Shown: positions 46,431 to 62,053 of the stretch, piece by piece
Layout of the letters: every line of letters begins with the position of its first letter
Position numbering within the stretch: position 1 is the first letter of the stretch
Made by a program: the position numbers and the translations under genes
Source of the DNA: the human T2T-CHM13v2.0 reference genome, Homo sapiens
Assembly (NCBI RefSeq): GCF_009914755.1
Contig: NC_060927.1
DNA length: 64,000 bases
Reading direction: 5' to 3' (one strand)
Notes under the pieces: generated by a model
Told to the model about the DNA's origin: nothing
Seen by the model: only the letters and a program-made list of their open reading frames with translations
The model's database searches: none

Positions 46431-48094
46431 AACTGACTGTTTAATCCCAACACAACTCAGACATTCATTCTAGTTGTGTTAACACTGGATTCAAGCCCAG
46501 ACTTCCAGTTTGTATGAGTATTTTAACATTTTCTTTTCCGGTTATGTTTATGTCAGTATTAAGTCTTATCAGAATATTCCATATTCTGCCTCTTGAAATC
46601 AAAGCACATTTGTTGATCTAGCTCCAATAGGTATAACTTAAATGTGATGATGAAAAGGTAACATAGTGTGCTTTTATTTTAAAGCATGTAGTTTATAGTT
46701 AAACCTAGGTTTGAATCTAAACCTAGTGGTTGCCTTAACCTCTCCAAGCTATGGTAATATCTAAGTTGAATTTGGGATTTTTTTTAACTTTTTTTACTCT
46801 TAAAAATAATTAGAGGAAGAATATATGAAATAGAAAAATATTTATAGAAACAAGTAGCATATTAGTTCTACAGCCCAAAACACTAATAATATTATAATAT
46901 TATCATGGATGAGGGGGATAACTCTAAACACCCCAAATAGCCCCCCTTTTGTAAGTTGAATTTACATATATTTATCCTAGAGAATTTAAGTATTCTGTTT
47001 ATTTCAGTAATTGGTAAGGAGCAGTACATTTTTTTAAACTTCCTATCAGCTAATTTCAAAAAGAACTATATTTAATAAGCTATATCATCATTTAGTTTAA
47101 CTTTTTGGAGAACAAAATTAAACGATTTTAAAAGTAGAAGTTAAATGATGCCAGTGTAATCAAAGTTGACTCAATGCTTAGACACAGTGTAAGAGATGAA
47201 TCAAAGTTGCATCTGAACTTAGGGCAACAGAACCAAAGTCACAGCTATAGTCAGTATGTTGTTTTGTTGATGTGGGTAAAGAGGGTTTTCAAAAGAAAAA
47301 TAGAAAATGGGGCAAACCTTGTTTTAATCAGGGAGTATATGGAAAGAAAATTAAATGCCTATATTAAAACCTATTCTTTCATACTACCAATAACATTTTT
47401 CCTTAGCCTCTAGAGACCATCAAAAAACAATGGCTCATAATGCTTTTAGAACAGAAACTGAAGTTGTATACTGTGCATATGTAATCCTACACAAGAGGAA
47501 GGCAATGTTTAAAGCTGCTGTCACCTCTTAGGGAAAAAACTGGAATTCTGAGTCAAGTATGTATGCATTTTCTGTTTTCCTGTCTTGTGGGTCTTTATGA
47601 CTAAAAACATTTTTATGAAATTGCTCTCTGCTTCTTTAAGCTTTGTGTGGTCTTGTTTGTTTGTTCTCAAATCTCAAACCATGCCATAGTTAGGAAACAT
47701 CTTGAGTTGTTAAAAGTTAAAGAAATTGTATTTTGTTTATGAGCAAAAGAGCAGGCCAAGCAATGTCTTCAGAAACAAAGATCTTATTTTATTTAAAGAA
47801 GTTCCTTTTTGTTATAAGCTAGAATGAAGAATGATTTCAGGACAATGAGACAGAAACTACCTCTTGAAAGCTGTAATGTTGAAGCTGGCTACATAGCTAA
47901 AATAGAGTAGACTGATTTTCTTTTCTAGGCCTGTTTGGTCAATTTAAACCATATTAATGGGTGATCAAACCCTGAAGAGTTCTCTGAGGATTTAAGTTAC
48001 CAGCCCACAATATACTGACAATCCACTGAACAACAACAAAACAACATTTAATTTCACTTTATGCAGCACAAACGCAGACTGAGACACTCTATCA

Positions 48095-48520
48095 AATGGT
48101 TAAGAGCATGGGTTTCAAGTCAGATCCACCTGGATGTGAGCTCTGGGTCTAGCACTTGCTAACCATGTAATCTTGGGCAATTTAACTTCATGAATTCTAT
48201 TTCTTCATCTGTATTATAGGAATGAGGCCATATTTCATGAGAGTAAGATGCATTTTTTTTCACATTTTAACATCTCTGATGTTAGAATGCATGTTACAAT
48301 TGATGGTGTGTCTTCATTCAATTGCCAACACTTTTTCTTTTCTTACTAGTACATAACTGTGTAATTACAACCTATGACATTTGAGATTCAATTAAATAAT
48401 TAACATATACCTCATAGAGTTGTTCTGAGATATAAATAAAATAATGATGTAGAACCTTATGTCCTATAAAACCTGCCCCACGGAAGACTTCTAGTAAATC
48501 ATACCAGTTAATGTTGTACA
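48095..48520 (+). mobile_element. MIR split by a MER104-like (TcMar-Tc2) MITE at ~48228-48400
   Basis: MIR halves flank ccatatttcat...taagatgcattttttttcacattttaacatctctga...agattcaattaaata. Confidence 0.65.
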
Positions 48521-48842
48521 GTGTGATGTTTGTAAAGTCTGGCATTTTCCTGTCTTGTTAGTCATAATTTCTGTTTGCCAACTCTAAAAGTTAATTTCTT
48601 TGCAAAAATCTTTTTGTTGGAACAGTCTGCCTACTGAGTAGCTCGTCAAATTTCCTCTAATTGTTCTGGCAGCATGACATTGACCCTACGGGTTTACATA
48701 TGAAATATGGTCAAAATAAAGGTTTTATGAAAGTCCATATTGACTTGTCTGATGAGTTGTTTGCAGACAAAAAGAAGAGTATGTAGTGTGCATGCTTCAA
48801 CAGTGCCTGGCCCACAGGAAGCACTATAGAAGTGGTGTTGAG

Positions 48843-49050
48843 AGGCAGCAGCATGCAGGGTGGTTAAAGGGAGAGGCTCTCGAGCCAAATTGGCTGCGAT
48901 CAAATCCTGGCTTTTCCCCTTACAAGCTGTGTAACTTTGGACAAATAATCTCTCTGTGGCCTCCATGTTCTCATACAGTTGTGAGAATTAAATGAGCTAA
49001 TATACTGAAAGCAATTGTACAAAAAAGGTGCTAGATAAGTTTTCTGCTAC
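48843..49050 (+). mobile_element. MIR
   Basis: aggcagcagcatgcagggtggttaa...tcaaatcctggct...gctgtgtaactttggacaa...gttgtgagaattaaatgag. Confidence 0.8.
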
Positions 49051-49138
49051 TGGAGGAAATACACCTTTCTTTTATTTAAGTACCTTTAAAAGGTCTGAGG
49101 TTTTTCATACTGAAAAAGAATATTCCAGTAAGTTTACT

Positions 49139-49432
49139 TTTTTTTTTCCTTTTTGAGACAGAGTCTCTGTCGCCCAGGCTGGAGTGCAGTGGTGCAGTCT
49201 CTGCTCACTGCAACCCCCACTGCCCCAGTTCAAGCAATTCTCCTGCTTCAGCCTCCTGAGTAGCTGGGATTACAGGCATGAGCCACCATGCCTGGCTAAT
49301 TTTTCTATTTTTAGTAGAGATGAGGGTTCACTATGTTCACCAGGCTGGTCTCGAAAGCCTGACCTCAGGTGATCTGCACGTCTCAGCCTCCCGAAGTGCT
49401 GGGATTACAGGTGTGAGCCACCATGCCCAGCC
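49139..49432 (-). mobile_element. AluSx
   Basis: gacctcaggtgatc diagnostic; degenerate TSD taa(g/a)tttactt. Confidence 0.92.
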
Positions 49433-50088
49433 AATAAATTTACTTGTCAAGCAGGTGATTGTTATAATTCTGACTGTAAGAGGCTTCTAGTGTATAAAAC
49501 ACATAACCTATAAACATGCCATTGAGATATTTGTGATCATGTGGCACAGCTCTTAAAACTGGTTTGTCTAGCAGTAAACGTATGACTGAAAACAAAATAT
49601 CAGATAAGTCTGAGATTGCTTCTAACAGCCTCTAGAGTGTCTGTATAATATTATCTTGTATGGCTTAAAATCCAGTTAGTATAGGTCAGCCTATACTCCA
49701 AGAAAGGGTCATTATGCCTAGGATTTTCAGAAGGGCTTCCTTCTAGCATTTATTCACTGGTAACCCATATTGTTCTAATTTTTTAAGGTTGCAAACTGGC
49801 TGCTATGCTGGAATAACTATGGCCATCAAGCATGTATCTCTAAGCATCAACACTGGTGCTTAGTTGGCTTTTAACTTATTGATCACACCTTTTACATATA
49901 GAGAACTTCAAAATGAAATAAAACTTATCTATAGTTTTTCATTATTTTTGAGTGGTAATTATGTGTTAATTCAGCTGAACAATTGCAATTAGTATTATTT
50001 CTTTGTAACCAAGACACATTTTTTACTTTTCTTTTCTCCCTTTGTTTGCATTTTATTCACTCTCTAATGTCAATATCAAGAAACTATA

Positions 50089-50400
50089 GGCTGGGCATGG
50101 TGGCTCATGCCTATAATTCTAGCGTTTGGTGCAGGGTAGGGGGCGCCAAGGCAGGAGGATTACTTAGCCCAGGAGTTTAAAACCAGCCTTGACAACATAG
50201 CAAGATCTTATCTCTACAAAAAAGTAAAAAATTAGCTGGGTGCGGTGGCATGAGTCTGTAGTCCTAGCTAGTCAGGCGGCTGAGGCAGGAGGATCACTTG
50301 AGCCCAGGAGTTCAAGGTTGCAGTGAGTCATGTGCGCACCACTCCATTACAGCCCGGGTGGCAGAGTAAGGCCTCAACTCAAAAAAAAAAAAAAAAAAAT
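50089..50400 (+). mobile_element. AluJ
   Basis: ggaggatcacttgagcccaggagttcaagg, caacatagcaaga. Confidence 0.9.
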
Positions 50401-50508
50401 TAAAATTAAATAAAAACCTATGTGTCCAGTGTGTTGAAACATTGATGTCCAGACAACTTCACTCTAAAGTTCAGTTCTGTCGCTCAGCTCACCCCCTAAT
50501 ATCCAATG

Positions 50509-50620
50509 AGTTAATAATAACTTATGTGATAAGGTTAATAATAGCTTATGTGATGATAATAATAATCACTTAAAAATAATAATAACTTATGTGATAAGTT
50601 AATAATAGCTCATGTGATAA
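50509..50620. repeat. Imperfect ~24-bp tandem repeat (gttaataata(a/g)cttatgtgataa), 4 copies
   Basis: Direct reading. Confidence 0.8.
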
Positions 50621-50880
50621 GGGCTGGGTGGCCCTCTTTATCCTGTGGCTCTGCCACGGAATACATGTTTTCCAAGACCACCTTCACAGGAAGAGCAAGA
50701 CCCGAAGCAACCCTTTTGGGAGCCACTTCCAGAAATGGCTTACAAGACTTCTGTGCCCCAATTCTTTTGGCACACATCCAGTCACAAGGCCCAACCAAAT
50801 TACAAGGGAGGCTAGGAAATATCTTCCCTAGTGTCTAGGAAGAGAAAATCATGTGGTGAATAGCATTTTCTCCACCATAG
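50621..50880. mobile_element. Old MaLR LTR fragment (MLT1J/K-like)
   Basis: tcctgtggctctgcca...agtcacaaggccc...caagggaggctaggaaat...ggaagagaaa. Confidence 0.55.
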
Positions 50881-51380
50881 CCATACAGCTGTGTAAGTTG
50901 GGTTACTTAACCTCCCTGAGCCTCAGCTTAGATGATAATACTTACCTTGCAAAGCTTCTGTGAGGATTAAATGGGGAAAAGCACTTAGCATGTGGTAAGT
51001 ACTTTATTAACTTGTTGTATATTATTACTAATAATTAATAGTTTCTCCCTAAACACACAAACATACACAGGACCCAAGTCATTAGCACCTGAGCCTCTGG
51101 TCCTCTTTAGTCTGACCCTCTGCTGACCCTTTAGTTCCTATCCAGCCGGGGTTCAGGACTTAAGGCAGGCAAGACTCTTGCCCATGAGATGTGACTGTGA
51201 CTAGCATCATACTCCAGGAGCTAGGATATGGGAAATCAAAGCCAAAGATGCTGAAAATGAACCCTAGCTCCTTCAGGAGTCTTGGGGGAAGGACTGTAAA
51301 TACATTAACGTGGTAGAGAGGAGAATCATCAGTTGCGTAAAATTATGCTTAAAAGAGACCAAGTCTTAAGATAGCAGCTG

Positions 51381-51851
<471 letters not shown>

Positions 51852-52837
51852 CTAAAAAGTGACATATTTAAAATTGAGTCTTCAGAGTCCTAATGTTCTT
51901 TGTTCCATGACAGCACTTCACACCTCTTAGTCATGCTGAATCGTGCTAAGGATCAATAGATCTCAAGGAATATACCAGAAGTGTTTCTTGCCCAGGGGAA
52001 AGGGAAGTAGACCCATTATCTTCAAGCAATTCTCCTTCTCCTACTTCCCACAAGACCAAAAGCGAAACTCAGAATCAACGTAGGGTACAATATATTTTAG
52101 TTAACCTCTCCCAAGCACAGACAAATACACCCTTATCTGTTTGCTAATGTCTGAAATTCATTTTGCTGAGGGAGGTTATGTGTATGTGGATGGATTTCCA
52201 TTAACATACATGTAAGACCATACATCTCATTTGGGTCATATAGAAGATGGAAAGATTTTACTGAGTAAAGCAAGAATTTGGATGAAGAAAGCTTTCAAAC
52301 CAGGGCCACAGCTTCCTGACTTCAGTCTGACAGCCAAAAAATGGTCCAGATGTAGTCTTGAGTCCTCTGTAGCCATGCAGGCTTAGAATATGGTGGGAAC
52401 TGGTCCCATGGAACAGTCCCATGAACTGAACTCTGAGTACCATGCCATAAAGTGCCCTTAGGACATCCAAATATATCCAAACAAACCAAGGGATTTGGAG
52501 CTTAGCATTTTACAGGAACAGTATTAAAACAAAACTACATCTGCAGCAGCAGGAGTGAAATGAATATAAGATTAGGTTCTTCCAATCTGTCAAAATAAAT
52601 TTATCTGGAATTGTGAGCAATATAAACGCTGTAAGTTCCAGTCTCTGACTCTATTTCTAATACATGTTAGGATTCTACCCACTGATTCGGGCATGTATAA
52701 GAAGTAGTTTATGACGCCACATGCCTCTTACTTTCAATGTATTTGGGACTCCTTTGTCAGTTCTATAAGGTGGTGACTTCTTTACATTAATTTTCATGAA
52801 GAATACTTAGAACAGTGTTTTCATAATCTGAAAGGCA

Positions 52838-53075
52838 ATACAGCGGAGTGGTTACTGGTTGAGAGTATGGGCTCTGCGGCCAGAGTAACTTTGTTTGAAC
52901 CCAGGCTTCATAATGTAAAAGCTCTCTAACTTTGGGCAAGTTACTTCTGTGTGCCTCAGTTTCCTTATCTGTCAAACAAGGAGGTGACTAGTGCTGCCTT
53001 GTAAGCTTGTTTCAAAGATTAAATAATTTATTCTATATATAGCATGTAGAAAAGTGACTGACATGGTAAGGGCTT
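52838..53075 (+). mobile_element. MIR
   Basis: gagagtatgggctctg...tttgggcaagttactt...tgcctcagtttccttatctgt. Confidence 0.8.
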
Positions 53076-53232
53076 CATTCTCTAGCAAGGACCTCAAGAA
53101 TAAGAGAAAGGGGCAAGAAGGAGACAAGAGCCAAGAAACCACCACAGTCACTGTTACCATGCAGCGGAATGGAGGAGAACTAGCTAATATTTGTCTCACC
53201 AGTTCATGTCTCAACAGTTGTGAAACAGAGAT

Positions 53233-53721
<489 letters not shown>

Positions 53722-54392
53722 AGTTTAGAGAACACCTGTTCCTAAATGCCATATGGTCTCTTTCTTAAGGTTGAGCTCTCCAAGGATCTACTTACGAAAC
53801 CCTTTTGTTATTTTTGGTCATGGGTCATGAGTCAAGAAAACATTTGAAAATAGATGTTGCTTCAAGGAAAATGGCATAGGTATTTGATATTGCATTAATG
53901 AAATATTTTGAATTCTTAAGCATTTGGTCATTTTCCCCACTCAGGATCCAAGATTGATTTTTCCCTTTCAGATCATTAATTACAAAATAAAAGATTGAGG
54001 TTTTTTTTAAGGTAGGCAGAATATCTCCATTTGCTTTCCAAATAGGGATGGAATCAGCAAAAGCAAACATCTTCTTGTCATATGATGACTGTCCCCTTCC
54101 CAAACAACCAGTCCTTTAATTCTAACCTCATGCACATTTCAAGAGAAATGTAAAGCAGATGGTTGTGTTCCACTGATACATAAATCACAGAAATTTCTCA
54201 TAAATTCTTTTGATTGTTAAAAAGCTTCAAACTGCCAGGCAGTGTTTTGCTTAAACCAAAGATGGGCCTGAGCAAACAGCTAAGTGGAACAGCATTCAGG
54301 CTTGAAAAGCTTAAGTTTAGTCAGATGATTTCCTTGCTATCTCCTATAGACACTTTTTCATAGAAATTCAAGATATGCGAAGACTTGAACAC

Positions 54393-54419
54393 TGTGTGTG
54401 TGTGTGTGTGTGTGTGTGT
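54393..54419. repeat. (TG)n microsatellite
   Basis: About 13 units. Confidence 0.9.
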
Positions 54420-54557
54420 TTTAAAATGTCTACAAGCGAAATCAACAAGTATCATTCCTGTTCTCGAACAGCAGAGAGACCTCCATATCCCACCAAGTTA
54501 CTTGTGACAGATTGTTACTTACTAATTCCACCAAGATCATAAAGCAATGCCTTACAG

Positions 54558-55271
54558 TAAGAGTTGGCAAACTTTTTCTGTAAATGGCCAGATAGTAAAT
54601 ATTATAGATTTTGTTGCTCATTCAGTATACTAGTTTGCTAAGGCAGCTGTAATAAAGTACCACAAACTGGGTGGTTAAAAGAATAAAAATGGGTTGTCTT
54701 ACAGTTCTGGAGGCCAGACATCTGAGATCAAGGTATTGGCAGGGTTGATTCTTTCTGAGGGCTGCCAGAATCTGTTCCATGCTGCTCTTCTAGCTTGTGG
54801 TGGTTTGCTGGCAATCTTTGACATTCCTCAGCTGCATCACTTCAATCTCTGTCTTTCTCTTCACCTGACATTATCCCCGGGTGCATATCTGTGTCCAAAT
54901 TCACCCTTTTTAGAAGGATACCAGTCATGTTGAATTAGGGGCCCACACTACTCCAGTATGACCTCATCCTAACTTAACTAATTACATCTGCAAAGACCCT
55001 ATTTCCAAATAAAGTCACATTCAAAGGTAATGGGGGCTAGGACTTCAACATATGGATTTGGGTGGGGTTTGGGAAGGACACAATTCAACCCATAACAGTA
55101 TCTGTCAATAACATATGCTATTTGTCTCAGCTATTCAACTCTGCCCTTGAAGTGCAAAAGCATCCATGGAAAAATACATAAACAAATGGGCATGGCTGTG
55201 TTACAATAAAGCTATACTTATATATTTTTTAATAGATGGCAAGCCTGTAGGCAGTAGTTTGTGAACACTTG
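54558..55271. mobile_element. MER58 MITE split by an MLT1 LTR
   Basis: gttggcaaactttttctgtaaatggccagatagtaaat ... tattcaactctgcc...aaatgggcatggctgtgtt...gtagtttg; TSD ccttacag/ccttagag. Confidence 0.82.
54627..55097 (-). mobile_element. MLT1C-like solo LTR
   Basis: aaagtaccacaaactgggtgg...tctgagatcaaggt...ttacatctgcaaagaccctatttccaaataa...cacaattcaacccataaca. Confidence 0.88.
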
Positions 55272-58200
55272 CCTTAGAGTATCTCTGATTCTTTGTGAGT
55301 ATGAAAAAGAAAAAAAAAACACATGAGGAGATTTGGCACTTGGCATAGAAGAAGAGAAAAAACTTTGCAAGTTTTCAAAATGCCTATTTTATATTTGGAA
55401 TTTTAGTCAAAATGCTTTACATTTAGCTTTAATATCTTATCTCTACATTCAAATATACTCTGGATTTATGTACACAGTTTCAATTAAGCAAACTGATATA
55501 AATTTTATAATGGTGACTCTAGTAAACATGATACACTTTGTCTTCAGACTGCTACTAAGTTCTAGAATGACAGCAAAACAGGCTTTTCCATTTAACATTA
55601 TACCTGTATGCTTTGATTTTTTGTATGAATATGTCTGAAACATCAACAATTGCTTATGATTTGGAATTTCTTTAGAAATGTATCCATGTTTATCCTCTGT
55701 GAATACATGTGTATATTCCTTTCCCTTTAATTAATATTTCTAGAGTACCTACAGGCAGTGTATTAGGCTGTAAACAATGAATCCTGCACAAGACACATTG
55801 TTTCCAAAGACTTATACCCTCTGGAAGATATATACACAAAGAAAACAGACAGCATATGACATATGTTCAAGCATCATCCAAAGATTTACATACACAACTG
55901 CCATGTAGAGGACATTGCTTTGTTCTGCTTGGGTCCGTATAAATGCATATATGTAAATCTCACATCTCCATTTATAATGCATCTTCACTTGGAACCTTCA
56001 TGGAACCAAATTAGAGAGTTCTGTATAGGGTCATAGATGTAAGAGCACTTTAAAAGGCTTTCATGGAAAACTTGAAGATTGACTATGCCGTAAAGAAAAG
56101 ACTCAATCAGGCACATACTGTATGTTTTGCAATAGTAACAAAGGTCATGCTACCATTATATTAAAACTTAGATCCAGCTTATTTTATATTAAAATGTTAG
56201 GCCTCTGGAACTCTTCCTCCACATGGTTATAAAGATAGCTAGAGTCAGGGGCCAGCATCTGCTTGAAATTTTAAAGTAACATATGTGCAAGTAGTGACTG
56301 GTGTTACTGAACCCACTCACAGGTATCAGTATTGGATATGGGGGGCTCATTCAGCTTCAGCAAAGGTGCCCCATAAAATCACTTATCTGGAGTGCCCCAT
56401 TTAGAAGCTGAAAGAAAATACCCGCTAGATTATACAAATTATAAAATAGGTCAAACTAGGAGAGCAAATGAGTAGATCATGTGCTTTTAATTAGGTTTTT
56501 ACCTTAAAGGTTTTCAGTTCAGACAGAGATATTCAGAGCAAGTACCAACTATGCTGACATACATGAAATGCTGTATGACCAGAAATGTCAGATGTATATG
56601 GCTTTAATAATTTTAACCATTTTAGGTCCAAAGAATACTTCTAAAATCATAATTCATAGAGTATTCTCTTTGGGATTATAAAAACACTATCACATTTCCT
56701 GACTAAAGACCCATGACTTCCAACAACACAAGCCAACATCTGCCTTTACACATACAGTTGATTCCAAAACCACATGTGGGTTGACTTTATATTGCTCAAA
56801 TTAAGATTTGAACATTGGTAATGAAACTAGAATTTATCTTACAAATAAAACAATAAAGCATCCCTACATTATTTTTAACCTAGAAACTCTGTGAATCTCT
56901 TGGATTCTCTGGTCTGTAGTTTAGAAGCCATCGTCCTGTCCTAAGAATCTTCCACACATTTGTTTGGAGATGGGGCAATTTCTCTCATTTCTTTCTGCGT
57001 TTACTTAAATAAAGGAAAGGGGCTTCCATCTTCTCATAGAACTAAAAAAGAAAATGAAACTAAATGGCTTTTTTTCTTCTCAACACTTTGTAAACTTTGA
57101 CTAGGAAATGAAGCACTACAGTGTGTCAATGAAGAATAATGATAATATTAATAATGATGGTGATGATGATGATAATGATGAATTAGGCAGTATAATTCTC
57201 TTCTTATTCTAAGTCTGAAAACTGAAGCAAAATGATGAAGTGCCTTTCCCAAGATCAGCGGCTCCACAATGAGAACTTGGGTTTGTCCTCCCTCACACAT
57301 CTTCTTCAGAGGAGAACAAATATCACTAATGTTCATCCGCACCAGGAGAAAACCATACTGGCCCATTCAATGGCCAATTAGAATAAATTGTATATTAAGA
57401 AAAATACGATAGGTAGTACAAAAATCAAAAGCTCTCCAAAGAAAAGGAACAAAAAACCTGAATAAATAAGCTTAACGGTCCATTGTTTGTGGGGAAAATG
57501 ATGAAATTATCATCAAAATATCCTATGAATTGAGAATGAAGATACATTTTTATGTAGAAAGATTTTTACAAAAAATAAAAATAAAAAATTCTACCCAGAA
57601 AAGTAAGACTCTTCTAGGACAGGTATTAGTTTTTGTTAAAGGGGTATCAGTCTCTTTCTGATAATAGAAACAAATATACTGTATATGAATCTTAGTAAAC
57701 TAGTCAATTATGATTCTTCATCCTAACCCATATTTAAGAGAATGTTTGTGACTGTGCTGAAGATTTGTACATTAAAACTGTCTATACAGGAGAGTGTTCT
57801 AATTATCACAGAATTGGCCTCACAGAATCTGAATCATTCAGGTGAAAACATTCTTTTTATTTAAGAGCAATTTAGAGACACAGGTTAACAATAGATACTA
57901 TAACACAGCTTTTTGCCTACAAAAAACAAACAAACTCGTCTAAATATCAATCTGCAGATGCCAAGCCTGTGTTTAAACAATGTGTTAATTTGCTTCCCCT
58001 GACAAAACTCTGGGTGAGGTATTGTTTCCACATTCAGGGACGTTAGCCCAGTAATGCAGAAAAAAAAAATCTTCATTTGGACATTGCATCTTTCAGACAT
58101 TCCCTTCTTTTATTGATTTGTTTTCTCCTGTCCCTTTTCTCCTTCTTTTGTTTCCTTATCATAGCTTCAGGTTATTACGTGCAAAGTATTGATGGGAATG

Positions 58201-59676
58201 GATGGTTTTGGTCGATGGAGAGCTAATGCATCCCTAATCCCACTATTGTTGTAGAGTTATGCTTTCCTCTGGTCTCTGATGGGGGAAAAGGTGCAAAGCT
58301 GTTGATCCTAGTTTTATTTGTCACAAACCCATCCATCAATCAAGCGCAAGCATGTCTGAATGCTGAATGGCATGGGGGTCTCAGCTGAAAAAATTCGATA
58401 ACTGTATTGTCAGGTCTCTCACTCTTTTTTTGATAAGAAATACATTTGACTGAAATAGATAAGCATGCAACTACTAAAGACTTGAAGAGAGAGAATGACA
58501 TATTGGCACCAAAGGTTATATATCTTTGGTATTAATGATACTTATGAGTAAATAAAACAGGAGGGGGCAGCTATAGCTAGAGACATACAACATCCCTAAG
58601 GCTTGGTGATGTTTAAGTATTGTCGCTCTACTATTATGTGGATTTTTGAATATTAATCTGACCATATTTCACAGTTGACAACTCTGGTTAAAATGCAAGT
58701 CAATCTGCAGCTGGTGAAGGTGGTGTGGTTCAGGGAATCGAATATCACTTGTTTACATGGATCTGGACATTACAGACAGATCCTTTGTTGTTATGTACAG
58801 TAGGTAATCCCATGGCATATTTTTGTGTATGCATGAACTCATACGTTCACAACTGTCTCATCTTGCAAGTGAAAGCATTTGGGGGGGAAATAAGCTTTAA
58901 TTATTTTAAACTGGGAATATATATGCATGTAATTTCAATAGTGAATTAACTTATAGTATCAAAAATAGTTTCTGGTGTCCCTTTTATTCTAGTTACTAAA
59001 TTAGGTATTTTAATATAACATAATTAAAATTAATATTTTAATTATGAAAGCTTGTCTTTTCAGTTATATAAATTTTTCTACTCATAATTATTTCAAGATA
59101 ATTTCATTTAGAAATAGTAAAAACATTAAAAACAACACTAGTATAATACAATTTTAGGGGCAAAATTAATCAACAAATCAGAACATTTTTAAAAACTAGT
59201 TTATTTTCTTGTCATAACATGTTAGAGAAGACAAGTATTTTTTAAATGACCTAAAAAAAAGCCCATCAAGAAAAACAACAAAAAGACAGCCTTGAATTAG
59301 AGGGCATGAAGATGAATGTTTTGTAGCCTTAAGTATCCCATGTTATGAAAGTAAGCCATTTTTTTCTCTGTTCAGTGACTGGGGGCTAGACAACTGAAAA
59401 AAAAAATCAATGTGGGAATGCTTTAGATTTGTTGGGTAAATTACATGTGCTTGGCTGCTCCATTGTATCTGCCCTATATTCTACACAAGATAACTGTAGA
59501 TGGAACTGTCACATAATGCATATACTTCACATTGATTTTTATACTTTTAACAGAATTTCAATTGAACTCCATAATAAAGCAAGAAGAGAAATGATATCTC
59601 CCTCACATTCCTAATACTTGAATTATTTTTGAAATTAATTAAGTAAAAGCTCCCAGTTTTGAAGGCATGGTGAGAG

Positions 59677-59678
<2 letters not shown>

Positions 59679-59709
<31 letters not shown>
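59679..59709. repeat. poly(A) run of about 31 nt
   Basis: Direct reading. Confidence 0.95.
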
Positions 59710-59712
<3 letters not shown>

Positions 59713-60498
59713 AATTTGGTTTCTAATTCTCCTCACCGTCTGTTTTTCTGTTTTTGTTTCAGTTATTTACATTTCATCTTAACTTCCCCACCTCTTTAAA
59801 AATACGTTAATTCTTAAAGACTTTCCAGGAGGGCCCATGAACCAGCAAATGAGAGACAGCTGAACCTTCGGGAGTTGCGGGAGTTGCAAACATTGATCTT
59901 TCTGTTGACATCCTTTTGGGTTTCTAGCTTGCTCTAGTTTTGCCTCACTTTCCAGTGATTTTTAGCATTACTGTGAAGTCTGATCCTGTTTAAAGTCTCT
60001 GATGCCACCATAAGGGTTTGAGCAAGAGTTCAAGGAGTCCTTGGTGATCCCAAGGACAACCTTTCTCAGCCTGACCTTACCTATAGAGACCCCAAACAAT
60101 CCTAGTGGGGAAAGAAGTAAGTCAGCCCCTACTCAGAAAAATACTAGAAAATTGCTCCATCAACTGTGCATACCCAGGTGTTCGGCTCTAGACAGAAATG
60201 TAATGCAGCTTCTACATACCCTGAGAACAAGGTTTTACTGAATTTGGGGTGGCAGTTCCAGATTGGGTGCCCAGGGGGAATGTGGACTTTGTAATTTCAC
60301 CCAGGATGATGAGAAACTACAGCAACATCAAGAATTCAAGAAACTTGAGATTTGGCAACATTGGGACTCCCCTCATCCAGAAATGCCTTGGGAAGAAGGA
60401 TAAAATGTGAGATGAAAGAGATTCATGTTCTTATGGCATTCTGAAACTATTATTGAAATATTTTAGAAAATGTAAAATATTATAAAGAAAATAAAATT

Positions 60499-61232
<734 letters not shown>

Positions 61233-61299
61233 TTAATTATGGCCAATTCCACATTAATAATTCTATTCCAAATATTCTCTGATTAAAGAAAAATCATTT

Positions 61300-61530
61300 G
61301 ATAAGACTCCATATGATAAACAGATTAATTTTTCCAAGTAAATATATAGATGTAAAACAAAAACTCTAATCCCATATTTAAACTTTATAGACTAATTGTA
61401 ATGTTTATTTGGAAGAATAAATGTGTGATCAAAGCCCAAAAAAGTGTTTAAAAAAAAGAAAAATGAGAAAGGACTGGTACCAGGTGGGAACTATATTGTA
61501 AAGCTTCAGTAATTAAACAGTTTGTGTTCT
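61300..61530 (+). mobile_element. Ancient L1M ORF2 remnant
   Basis: tttatttggaagaataaat...aaaaagaaaaatgag...tattgtaaagcttcagtaattaaacagt. Confidence 0.55.
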
Positions 61531-61748
61531 AGGAATTTGTGTCCCCAGTTCTGATAATGTTCACTCTTAAATTGTAATATTCTATACCCTAAAGCACTCT
61601 CCAAACCTTAAGATGAAGAAAATAGGCAAAGCAATAGCAGCAATGACAAGAGACCTTTTTTTTTCTACTGGTATACCTCGGATTTTCCCCCGGCAGAGAA
61701 CCAAGGGGAAATGACAGCCTCCACAGGATCACATAAAGAACTGAGAAA

Positions 61749-62053
61749 TTTTTTCTTTTTTTTTTTTTTTTTGAGACAGGGTCTCATTCTGTCACCCAGG
61801 CTAAAGTGCAGTGGTACAATCACAGCTCACTATAGCTGCAACCTCCTGGGCTCAAACAATCCTCCCACTTCAGCCTCCCAAGTAGCTGGGACTACAGGCA
61901 TGTGCCACTATGCCTGTCTACTTTTTTATTTTTTGTAGAGACAGGGTCTTACTATGTTGCCCAAGCAGGTCTCAAACTCCTGGGCTCAAACGATCTTCCT
62001 GCCTCAGCCTCCCGAAGTACTGTGATTACAGGTATGAATCACTGTGTCTGGCC
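61749..62053 (-). mobile_element. AluJ
   Basis: gagacagggtctc, cctcctgggctcaa, actatgttgccca. Confidence 0.92.

Noticed and set aside
50509-50620. Repeat-spacer pattern as a CRISPR-like array
   Set aside because: The units abut without unique spacers, there are no cas genes, and the context is eukaryotic.
57148-57366. ORF ending in a poly-His tract
   Set aside because: It is the translation of a (TGA/ATG)n microsatellite next to a MIR-like remnant.
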